A DNA stretch of 64,000 bases from Pseudogymnoascus verrucosus (taxonomy: Eukaryota): the NCBI GenBank assembly GCA_001662655.1, contig KV460206.1; one strand, written 5' to 3'. Positions 36,252-45,811 of the stretch are shown in pieces. The notes under the pieces are model-generated. The model searched no databases. It had not been told where the DNA came from and was given only the letters and a program-made list of their open reading frames with translations. Position 1 is the first letter of the stretch; every line of letters begins with the position of its first letter. A program made the translations under genes and the position numbers.

Positions 36252-37712
36252 CTATTTAGCAACGGGAATTGGCTCACAAACTGTTACATGTCCACCTAAG
36301 ACAGCCCCAAGGAAGATCTTCCCCGTCTTAGCATCGTGCACCGCGACCGTCGTTCCACTCGGCATGAACTTTCCCTCCCTGTCCTCTAACAACTTCGACA
36401 CACGATAATTGCCAGAACCACTCTTCTTCCCCTTTCCACTCTCATCATACTCCCCAACCACTTTCGTAATCTTCCACACAGTGCTCGGCAGTATGGTATC
36501 AGTAGCATACTTTACTACCTCCACTAGCTTGAGCGAGTCTGGGAAGGCTGCGGCGAAGATATCACCGTTGGCGTCGACGGATAGGTTATCCATCGGCATC
36601 CCGACTTCAATTTCATCGATTTTAGTCAGACCTGTCGAGGAGAGCGAGAAAACGCCAATGCGACCGGTTATGGAAGAAGGGACGTAGAAAAGGCCATCAA
36701 GACCCCGGACTAGGCCGTTGGGGAAGGAGAGGCCGTCAACTGCGATTTTGCAATCGTTGGAGCTAGTGCAGTGGGCGATGGATCCTCCTCCGAGAATAAG
36801 GTCGAGGGAGCGGCGCTGTGGGTTGGAGAGTTTGTTAGATACCAAAACAAATAAGTTTATCTTCATGCTCGGGGGTTTCATACCAGACCACCTGCGGCAC
36901 ATTGTTAGCGGCACGCACTATCTGAGAGTTGTTGCGGGGAAATGGCGACCACAACTTACTTGGAACGCTGTGATCGTTGGACACTACAAATCCTCCATTC
37001 AAATCCGCAGCAACCTTGTTCGTAGAATGCAGGACTCCGTCATTTGCACCAAATGTTCCCGTCCACTTTAGCTCGTTCTCACCCCTAACAAGTTCAAAGG
37101 ACTCGACGGTAGCATTGGCGCCGATGTTCATAGCATCCAGAAACTCTCCTGAAACAGCATCTACGGGCGGACGAAGGTTGGTCATCCAAAACCTCAAACG
37201 GTTATTGGGTAGGATTTCCACGTCAAATCCGTTGGGGTCGATGGCCTTGGATCCCGCTGGCCCAAGGTAGTTGCCGGTGATTTGAAGTCTGTGGGCTCCA
37301 TAGTTGCCGTCTGACCCCGGCGAATCAATGCTAAGGGCTACAAAGCGTCCATTTGTGGTTCGCCCTGACACGTTGAACTTGTCACCGCTGGCAAGGGGGT
37401 TAGATAAGGGCGGGATACAGTGAGGACACAAAAATATCGAAGCGCTTACCCTGGACTCCATTGATGGCGAGACTTCAGATCAACACACGCTCCATAGAGG
37501 GTGCGGCCTTCATCGTCAAGCCAGAGATCTTCGCAGCTTTCAAGTATATTTTCAGGGCCATATATTTTGTGACAGCTGTAAGGGAAATCCTCGATTGGCT
37601 GGATAGTTCGTCCTATACCAATCGCGATAAACAGAATATCTTTAAGGAAGAACTCATAAAAGAGCCCGATGACGACAGCACTGACGCCAGCAATGATGGC
37701 TCGGTCCCTCAT
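36252..37712 (-). CDS. Paraoxonase/arylesterase family six-bladed beta-propeller hydrolase
   Basis: N-terminal anchor; LESCEDL, DPNGFD, SNDH, FPNGL and MDNLSVD motifs; several introns (boundaries approximate). Confidence 0.85.
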
Positions 37713-38008
37713 AATGATTACGAAAACCCAATTATGTTGTTTGAATTGAGTAATCAACCCGTCCGGGTTGCTCGGCGATGGACCCATCACCGAGATAGTC
37801 GGAACAAAGGTTAGTCCGGTTTCGCATGTGATAATGAGTCTCCACTATCAGGGAAAATAAATCTGTTGGGAAATTCTTCCTGACCGCCGTGTGGTGCTTT
37901 GATTTATATTTCAATTAAATGGTTCTTTTCGCTGTTGCAAGATTGATATTTTTCTCCTGTTATTATTAAGATTTTCGATTGGTGCCTGGCCGTGGTCGCT
38001 TTTCAAAA

Positions 38009-39043
38009 ATGGAGCAGATGACTTTAGACCCCCTGTATTGGGCCCCGATTACTCGTTTCACGCGCCTGCGATATCTGCTCAGTATATATTTCACCAAGCT
38101 CATTCTCACGACCGGTTTCTTACTTCGCAAACTGGTTATCCGATTTGGCGGAAAATCATTATCAAGTGGTAAACCAACATTATCAAAGACCTACCCATGC
38201 AGGCCAAAGCTCACGCACCGGGTTTTCTTCCCCAAATCCTACGAGGCCGGAAAATCCCTCCCCTTGTACATTGATGTCCACGGCGGAGGGTTCGCCTTCG
38301 GCGTCCCGGAGCACGACGACGAGTTCTGCCACTTCTTCTCCAATCATTTCAACCTCATCGTCATCAGCGTCAACTACTCCCTAGCGCCGCGGGTCGTCTT
38401 CCCCGTGCCCTCCCAGGACGTGGCTGCCGTTGTGGAGGCCATCCTCGACGATGACTCGCTCCCCATCGATCAGTCCCGCGTTGCCATCGGTGGCTTCAGC
38501 GCCGGGGGTAACCTCGCCCTTTCCGCAAGTCAGTTCCCGGCTCTTCAGGGGAAGATCAAGGCCGCCATTGCGTGGTACGCCCCCGTTGACTGGAGCGTTG
38601 GTTATGACTATAAGTGCGCCTCGCGGCCGTACAAGAACGCTAAGGATGTGGATGGGTTGGCAGCGTTGGCGCCAATCTTCAATAACGTCTATTTACCAAC
38701 CGGCACGGACCAGAGAGACCCTCTACTCAGCGTGCTGTATGCCGATAGAAAGGTCCTGCCACCGTGGATTTATTCGATCGGTGCCGAGTATGATATGCTC
38801 TGTGATGAGTCCAGGAGAATGATGGTAAAGCTAGCCGGCATTGAGAAGCTTACGGAGAGTGAGAAATACGCATTCGAGAGGGAAGGAGGCAAGCTCCGGT
38901 GGACGATGGTGAAAGATGCGAAGCACAGCTTCACGCATTGGTGGTTAAGGGCGCCGAAGGTAGCGGCATTGAGGAAGCCAGTGGCGGAGGAAATGTTCAT
39001 GGAAGCGGGGAAGTGGCTGACGGAGCAGGCTTTTGCGGAGTAA
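38009..39043 (+). CDS. HSL-family alpha/beta hydrolase (esterase/lipase)
   Basis: HGGGF oxyanion motif, GFSAGG nucleophile elbow, EYD and HSF catalytic Asp/His; intronless; divergent from the paraoxonase. Confidence 0.92.
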   Translation: MEQMTLDPLYWAPITRFTRLRYLLSIYFTKLILTTGFLLRKLVIRFGGKSLSSGKPTLSKTYPCRPKLTHRVFFPKSYEAGKSLPLYIDVHGGGFAFGVPEHDDEFCHFFSNHFNLIVISVNYSLAPRVVFPVPSQDVAAVVEAILDDDSLPIDQSRVAIGGFSAGGNLALSASQFPALQGKIKAAIAWYAPVDWSVGYDYKCASRPYKNAKDVDGLAALAPIFNNVYLPTGTDQRDPLLSVLYADRKVLPPWIYSIGAEYDMLCDESRRMMVKLAGIEKLTESEKYAFEREGGKLRWTMVKDAKHSFTHWWLRAPKVAALRKPVAEEMFMEAGKWLTEQAFAE

Positions 39044-39926
39044 AGTTCAGTAACAGGTCCTAACTTTAACTTAATATAGAGAGACCTAATGTAATTAATG
39101 ATGTACCATAGAAACTATTAGACCCGACGCAATTGCACTTGTTCCCACGCTGCTCCCGTAGAAGGTTCGAAGCTGCTGTCTTTGATCCTCCTTTGTATTA
39201 AAAAGGCTCCTCCATTTACTAAGATAATTTGTTGGGGATTTTAATGTTTGCTTTCCAATCCATCAGTCTCTAACACCGCGTCAGCCACAATCTGAGAAGG
39301 TCAGATCGGATGCGGGGTTACTGCCAAGGAAGCCACGGTATAGTAGCCTCCGAAACATCTACAGGTGGGAAATTTCCAGGATCAGTTAGTCTCTCTCAAC
39401 ATTGCGGACTGGCATCATCTGAACAACTCCATGTCCAGTATAGTCAGCCACCCCCACATGTTGTCCAGAGGGGATGACGGAGATGGATGTGGGGTTTGGG
39501 TAAATTGCCAGCGTCCAGGCTGAACTTCCAGTATGCAGGTACAGTTGCGGACGGGAAGTACGTTTCTCCATCAATGATCGTTTCTTTATCTTCCCCTCTT
39601 GGAAATGTAAGACGGTGCTACTCCGCGTCATTAGACTACCTCAAGACTATTTTCATTTGTTCCCGCCCTACTCCATAATGGTATTCCACAAGGAAGCCCG
39701 GCGGCGCGCCGGCTGGGTTTATCCTTCGTGCATGGAGATGCATTCTAGCGTGCTATGCAGATGAAAAGCATGGGGTACTATACAAATGAAAAGCATGGGG
39801 AGCTTGGGGAAGAGCTCATATATCACGAGCCTTTCCTGGTTTCTGGATTGCTTCACTGTCCCCTCGAGATTTGACAGGAAGGATAGCTAAAGCGGTTACT
39901 CAAGCCAATCGCAGCGGCTTGTAATC

Positions 39927-42368
39927 ATGGGTAGCAGCAATGGCAGTTTCAAGCTGCGTATCTTCAGCGCTCTCCTCCTTGCGGCCAACTGCGTCACAGG
40001 AGTTGCCGCTGCTCCTCCTCAGCATGGCACGCATGACTACTCCCAGAAATTCAGCTCTGTGGCTATAACTGGGGGCGGCTATATCACTGGCATCGTAGCC
40101 CATCCCACGGAGAAGCATCTGATGTACACTCGCACTGATATCGGATCCACCTACCGCTGGAGTGAGCCCAAACAGCAATGGCTTCCTCTCACCGACTTCA
40201 TCGCCGCAGAAAATGTCAATTGGATGGGCACTGAGAGTATCGCTCTCGACCCTCACCACCCAAACCGGCTGTACCTCGCTCAAGGTCGGTACGTGACGGA
40301 CACGGATCCAGCTGCGTTCTTCGTGTCTGATGACCAAGGCGCGAGTTTCGATATTTATAAGGCGCCGTTTCCCATGGGTGCGAACGGTCTTGGGAGAAAC
40401 AATGGAGAGAGACTGGCCGTCAATCCCTTCAACTCAGACGAGCTGTGGTTTGGAACACGGACAGAGGGTTTATGGAAGAGTACGGACAGGGCGAAGACTT
40501 GGAAGAACGTCACAAATTACCCCGATGCAGCCGGAGACGGAATTGGCATCCTATTTGTGGTTTTCGATCCAAAGAACAGTGGCACGATTTATGTTGGCGC
40601 CAATGTTCCCAATGGGCTATACTACACAAAAGACAATGGCGCGACCTGGCATTCGATCCCTGGGCAGCCTTCAGCTTGGGACCCAGCATTGCTACATGCA
40701 GGCCACGAACCAGCCAGCACTGCACCGCTGCCCATGAGAGCTGTTCTAGCTCCGAATGGGATATTATACGTATCATTCGCCGATTTCCCAGGCCCATATG
40801 CTATCAATTACGGAATCTTCATGAAATACAACACGAAGACACAAGTTTGGACTGATATCACACCTGGGGCCTCCAACACTTACCCTGCGCCTTTCAAGCC
40901 CCAATCTTGGCCTCCAGGAGGGTTCTGCGGAATTTCGGTTGATTCCAAGGACCCAGACACCTTTGTTGTGATCTCGCTCGACCGTGATCCGGGTCCAGCA
41001 CTTGATAGCATGTATTACTCTCACGATGGAGGCAAGACATACAAGGACGTCTCCCAACTTTCGACACCCGAGGGAAGCGGTGGATATTGGGGGCACCCAA
41101 TTTCTCAAGCCAAGCTGAAGGACTCCACGCCCGTCCCATGGCTCAGTTTCAACTGGAACTCGCAATGGGGAGGATATGGAGCCCCATCCCCAGTTGTTGG
41201 CTTAGCAAAGTTCGGTTGGTGGATGTCGTCTGTTCTCATCTATCCGTGGGACTCCAACCATGTCATGTACGGAACAGGGGCGACTATCTGGGCAACAGAT
41301 GAACTCAACAAGGTTGACAAGAACAAAGCACCAGAGTGGTACATCCAGGCACAGGGAATTGAAGAAACGGCTGTTCTATCATTGATGAGTCCTACCAAGG
41401 GTGCTCATCTTTTCAGCGGTGTAGGCGACATCATGGGCATGAGACACGTAGATCTCACTGTCCCACAACCGATGTACGAAAAGCCAGTGTTCTCCAACTG
41501 CGACAATCTCGACTACGCAGGCCAAAACCCCGATGTCGTTGTCCGTGTTGGCTCCAGTGGAATTTCGTACCCCGACGGTTGCGGATCAGGGCTTTATTCA
41601 AAGGACAACGGAATCAAGTGGTCAATGTTCGGCTCGTGCCCGCCAGGGGTTGGCAACCAAACCCATCTCGCGGGTACCATCGCACTCGATGCTTCTGGCA
41701 AGTCCTTCGTCTGGGGCACCCTGCCAACAGAAGCTCCCTATAACGAAACTGGCCCTCCTTCTACACAGGATTTTGGCAAGACTTGGGTTGTGCCAAAGGG
41801 GCTCACTGTCTCGACAATGAATGTTGCCGCAGACAATGTTCAAGCGAAGACCTTCTACGCCGTTCACGGCGGAGTCTTCTATATCAGCAGGGATGGCGGC
41901 GTTTCTTACAAATCCAGCCCTGCGTCTAAGACAGGTCTTCCAGCTGATGCTGCCGCTGTCCCAGTGACGAGTTTCGACAAAGCTGGTGAACTCTGGCTTC
42001 CACTTGGCAAGTCCGGCCTGTGGCATTCCACCAACTTCGGCACTAAGTGGACAAGGATTGGACCCAAGGGCCTAGTTGCAATTTATTTTACACTTGGGAA
42101 GTCAGCACCTGGGCGCTCAAACCCCGCATTGTTCCTTTGGGGCAAGGTCTCACCTAGTGGGTCCGAGGCGTTATATAGGAGTGATGATGCGGGGGCAACG
42201 TGGGTGAGGGTCAATGATGATACTCATCAGTACGGAGGAGCGTCGATTATTCAGGGTGATCCGAGGATTTATGGACGTGTCTATATTGGTATGTTTGGGA
42301 GGGGGATTGTCTATACTGATATTGCAGGGAACAGTGGGAAGAATGTGCCCGGGACCTTTGGAATATGA
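39927..42368 (+). CDS. GH74 xyloglucanase, oligoxyloglucan reducing-end cellobiohydrolase type
   Basis: Signal peptide; GGGYITG, RTDIG (catalytic Asp), GRNNGERLAV, GIEETA, VGDIMG (catalytic Asp), GRVYIGMFGRG; insertion QWGGYGAP before FGWW; intronless. Confidence 0.93.
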   Translation: MGSSNGSFKLRIFSALLLAANCVTGVAAAPPQHGTHDYSQKFSSVAITGGGYITGIVAHPTEKHLMYTRTDIGSTYRWSEPKQQWLPLTDFIAAENVNWMGTESIALDPHHPNRLYLAQGRYVTDTDPAAFFVSDDQGASFDIYKAPFPMGANGLGRNNGERLAVNPFNSDELWFGTRTEGLWKSTDRAKTWKNVTNYPDAAGDGIGILFVVFDPKNSGTIYVGANVPNGLYYTKDNGATWHSIPGQPSAWDPALLHAGHEPASTAPLPMRAVLAPNGILYVSFADFPGPYAINYGIFMKYNTKTQVWTDITPGASNTYPAPFKPQSWPPGGFCGISVDSKDPDTFVVISLDRDPGPALDSMYYSHDGGKTYKDVSQLSTPEGSGGYWGHPISQAKLKDSTPVPWLSFNWNSQWGGYGAPSPVVGLAKFGWWMSSVLIYPWDSNHVMYGTGATIWATDELNKVDKNKAPEWYIQAQGIEETAVLSLMSPTKGAHLFSGVGDIMGMRHVDLTVPQPMYEKPVFSNCDNLDYAGQNPDVVVRVGSSGISYPDGCGSGLYSKDNGIKWSMFGSCPPGVGNQTHLAGTIALDASGKSFVWGTLPTEAPYNETGPPSTQDFGKTWVVPKGLTVSTMNVAADNVQAKTFYAVHGGVFYISRDGGVSYKSSPASKTGLPADAAAVPVTSFDKAGELWLPLGKSGLWHSTNFGTKWTRIGPKGLVAIYFTLGKSAPGRSNPALFLWGKVSPSGSEALYRSDDAGATWVRVNDDTHQYGGASIIQGDPRIYGRVYIGMFGRGIVYTDIAGNSGKNVPGTFGI

Positions 42369-42865
42369 TGTGAGAATAGCACTCGTATAGCCTCTAGTCT
42401 TAGGAACTTATTACCAAGCCACAGGCTGTAACCAGTTATAAACCCACCATGCATGATCAAACTGTAGGTAGATCCGGCGATCACTGTAAACAGCTATTGC
42501 GGATGGACTTAGCGCGAATCCCCGGATGTCTGTCACCGAAATTAGGCTATTGAAGCCGAACACCGCTTGTCCCGTATAGTGGTAACCCCGCAAAAGACTA
42601 TTACTATAGAGTGCAAGATAGACACAACTCCTCCCGCTAGAGTACGATAAAGCATGCCATTTGGGAGATCGCCTTTCTGTTTCGTGGAAAATATCCTAGC
42701 ATGCGTAGGAGCTGGTCTAGAGGACCTTGATATCGCCATGGAGAGCTATATACTAAATAATAGCTTTGGTCCATTTACCCGGAATGCCGTTCCTCGGCAT
42801 GTCCATATAAAGACAGTCAGATCATGAAGAATTGATACTTATCTTCAAGATTGTCATCGTTGAAA

Positions 42866-45571
42866 ATGGCATTGAGGCACGTAACTAATGCATGGGGACT
42901 CATCTTAGTGTGGCTTTTCCTCAGCCACCAAGTTGTCCAAGCCAATCTGATACTGCCGAAGCCGCCCAGCACGGACGGCGGGCGCGTTAAGCTTAACATC
43001 AATGCCGGCTGGAAGTTTTGGCGCTCGGAGTTCAATCCGGACGGGCTGATTTATGACCAGCGCCCCGACTTGGGCGAGGCGAATTTCACGGCCAAAATAC
43101 TGAAGCCGTGGATCCTCCCTTCGGGGAATGACTTTATCAGTGACCCTGCCAAACACCATGTGCGCCCTGCTGGCAACCCTGGTGGCGATGTCAAATATGT
43201 GCAGAAGACTTTCGATGACAGTACGTGGGATGCGGTTGATTTGCCGCATGACTGGGCTATCAATGGTCCGTTTTACACTGAGGAGAATCCCATAATTGGT
43301 GGTGGGATGGGCCGGCTTCCTGTGCATGGAGTTGGCTGGTATCGCCGCAAGCTGTCGGTTGCCCCAACAGACGCAGGGAAATCAATTTACCTCGACGTTG
43401 ATGGCGCTTTGTCCTATGCTATTGTCTGGCTTAATGGCAATCTAGTCGGCGGGTGGCCTTACGGATACAACTCGTTCCGTCTGGATCTCACTCCATATCT
43501 TAAGCCGGGCAATGATAATCAGCTGGCCATTCGAGTCGACAACCCCCCTAATTCAGCTCGCTGGTATCCCGGCGGTGGTATCTACCGAAACGTCTGGCTC
43601 ACAAAGGTCAGCCCGACGCACATTGGTCAGTCAGGAACATATATCATATCGAAAGACGTGTCCACCAAATCAGCCACTCTGGACCTCGTTGTCCAGGTTG
43701 AAACCAAAGCAAAAGACAGCCAGAAAATCGATGTACAGACAGACGTGCACATCTTCGATTCCGTTACTGGACGCACTGGGGCAAAAGTAGTCTCGTTCCC
43801 AAAGGCGTCAGCGAGTGTCCAAGCCAGCGAGAAGCAAACTGTCAAGGCTTCGGTCAAGATCAACAACCCGCGACTCTGGGGTCCAGTCCCAGCGCAGAAG
43901 CCCAATCTCTACGTCGCCGTGACGCGTCTCCTATCTGGCCGTGATGTGATAGACACCTACGAGACTCGCTTTGGTATCCGCACCGTAGTTCTAGACGGCA
44001 CTAACGGCCTCTCCGTCAACGGTAAAAAGGTAGTCATCCAAGGAATCAACAACCACCACGACCTCGGCGCCATCGGCGCAGCCTTCAACACTCGCGCCGC
44101 TGAACGCCGTCTCGAGCAACTCCTCGAACTAGGCTGCAACACCATCAGGATGTCGCACAACCCCCCCGCGACCGAACTCCTCGACCTCGCTGACCAGATG
44201 GGCATCCTTGTGTTGGACGAGATCTTTGACTCCTGGGAGATCGGCAAGACAGCCTCGGATTTCTTCCTTATCTTCAAGGACTGGCATGAGCAAGATCTCC
44301 GCTCCTTCGTAAGGCGCGATCGCAACCACCCTTCTATCTTTGGGTGGAGCTACGGCAATGAAGTTGGCGAGCAGTATACTGATGAGGCTGGGGCGGCGAT
44401 ATCGCAGATGCTGAAGGATATTGTTCATGAAGAAGACCCGACGCGGATGTCTACTGCATCGGAGAACTACGCTACCCCTGACATGCCGTTCCCACGCATC
44501 GTGGACTTCCTCTCGATCAACTACCAAGGCGCGGGCATTCGAGACACAGAAGCATATTCCAACCTCGCGGGAATTGCTAGACAGCCGCTTTACCCCGCCT
44601 ACCACGCCAACTTTCCCAATAAAATGATTGTAGGCTCTGAGACCGCATCAACGGTTAGCACGCGCGGGACGTACGTCTTCCCAGTAACAGGCTACAGCAG
44701 CGCCCCCGTCAACGACACCTCCGGCGGCGACCCCGTCGGCCAAAAAGTCAGCGCCTACGAGCTCTACACCGCTGGCTTCGGGTCATCCCCCGACAAAGTC
44801 TTCGCCGCAGATGACAAGAACCCCTACGTAGCTGGCGAAATGGTCTGGACAGGCGTCGACTACCTCGGCGAGCCTACCCCCTACTATTCTGCTCGCAGTT
44901 CCTACTCCGGAATTCTCGACCTCGCAGGCTTCAAGAAAGATAGATTCTACCTCTACCAATCGCGCTGGCGTCCTGACCTCCGCACCGCGCATATCCTCCC
45001 CCACTGGAACTGGCCAGACCGCGTAGGGAAGGTGACGCCTGTGCATGTCTTCACGGCGGGTGATGAGGCGGAGTTATTCGTTAATGGGAAATCCCAGGGT
45101 AGGCAGAAGAGGGCGGCGTATACGTACCGGTTTCGGTGGGATGATGTGGTTTACCAGCCTGGGGAGGTGTATGTGGTGACTTATAAGAACGGGAAGGAGT
45201 GGGCGAGGGATGCGGTGAGGACGACGGGGCCGGCGGCGCAGTTGAAGATGACTGCTGATCGGACTTCTATCAAGAACGACGGACTTGACCTGTCGTTTAT
45301 CACTGTCGAGGTTGTTGATCGCAAGGGAGACTTCGTGGCGCAGGCGGATACGAGTATTACCTTCTCCGTCAGCGGTCCGGGGGAGATTGTCGCTACTGAT
45401 AATGGGGATCCTGCTGATATGGTATCTTTCGCGTCTAAGGAGCGGAAGGCGTATAGCGGGCTCGCGCTGGCTATTGTGCGCTTTAAGCCAGGACAGAAGG
45501 GAGCAGTAACTGTTACAGCTACTGCTGATGGACTTGTGCGTGGGAAGGTGGTTTTGACACCGCATCCATAG
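42866..45571 (+). CDS. GH2 beta-galactosidase-like glycoside hydrolase, secreted
   Basis: Signal peptide; LPHDW, GWYRR, RWYPGGGIYRNV, NHHDLG, IRMSHNP, RDRNHPSIFGWSYGNE (acid/base), GSE nucleophile, WTGVDYLGEP; intronless. Confidence 0.93.
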   Translation: MALRHVTNAWGLILVWLFLSHQVVQANLILPKPPSTDGGRVKLNINAGWKFWRSEFNPDGLIYDQRPDLGEANFTAKILKPWILPSGNDFISDPAKHHVRPAGNPGGDVKYVQKTFDDSTWDAVDLPHDWAINGPFYTEENPIIGGGMGRLPVHGVGWYRRKLSVAPTDAGKSIYLDVDGALSYAIVWLNGNLVGGWPYGYNSFRLDLTPYLKPGNDNQLAIRVDNPPNSARWYPGGGIYRNVWLTKVSPTHIGQSGTYIISKDVSTKSATLDLVVQVETKAKDSQKIDVQTDVHIFDSVTGRTGAKVVSFPKASASVQASEKQTVKASVKINNPRLWGPVPAQKPNLYVAVTRLLSGRDVIDTYETRFGIRTVVLDGTNGLSVNGKKVVIQGINNHHDLGAIGAAFNTRAAERRLEQLLELGCNTIRMSHNPPATELLDLADQMGILVLDEIFDSWEIGKTASDFFLIFKDWHEQDLRSFVRRDRNHPSIFGWSYGNEVGEQYTDEAGAAISQMLKDIVHEEDPTRMSTASENYATPDMPFPRIVDFLSINYQGAGIRDTEAYSNLAGIARQPLYPAYHANFPNKMIVGSETASTVSTRGTYVFPVTGYSSAPVNDTSGGDPVGQKVSAYELYTAGFGSSPDKVFAADDKNPYVAGEMVWTGVDYLGEPTPYYSARSSYSGILDLAGFKKDRFYLYQSRWRPDLRTAHILPHWNWPDRVGKVTPVHVFTAGDEAELFVNGKSQGRQKRAAYTYRFRWDDVVYQPGEVYVVTYKNGKEWARDAVRTTGPAAQLKMTADRTSIKNDGLDLSFITVEVVDRKGDFVAQADTSITFSVSGPGEIVATDNGDPADMVSFASKERKAYSGLALAIVRFKPGQKGAVTVTATADGLVRGKVVLTPHP

Positions 45572-45811
45572 GAGATCATGCTCTAGTTTTGCAGGCTGTC
45601 CAGACTGGGCTTCTGATAGGGGTACGCACCCCCTGGAGGTCTTTGGGAGCCTACATACCTTCATATATAGCATCTAAAATATAGACAATAATCGAAGAAG
45701 ATATGCTATAGATTAACCAGCTGCTCACAAAGCCCTCACATTCATCACAATACCAAACATCAAATAGAGTAGGAATCAACTCATCATTACTAACTCACAT
45801 TCACTACCCCC

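Noticed and set aside
21627..39043. Classical secondary-metabolite biosynthetic cluster
   Set aside because: No PKS, NRPS, terpene synthase, prenyltransferase or transporter in the window.
39761..39800. atgaaaagcatgggg x2 upstream of GH74
   Set aside because: Matches no binding site I can name; may be a neutral duplication.
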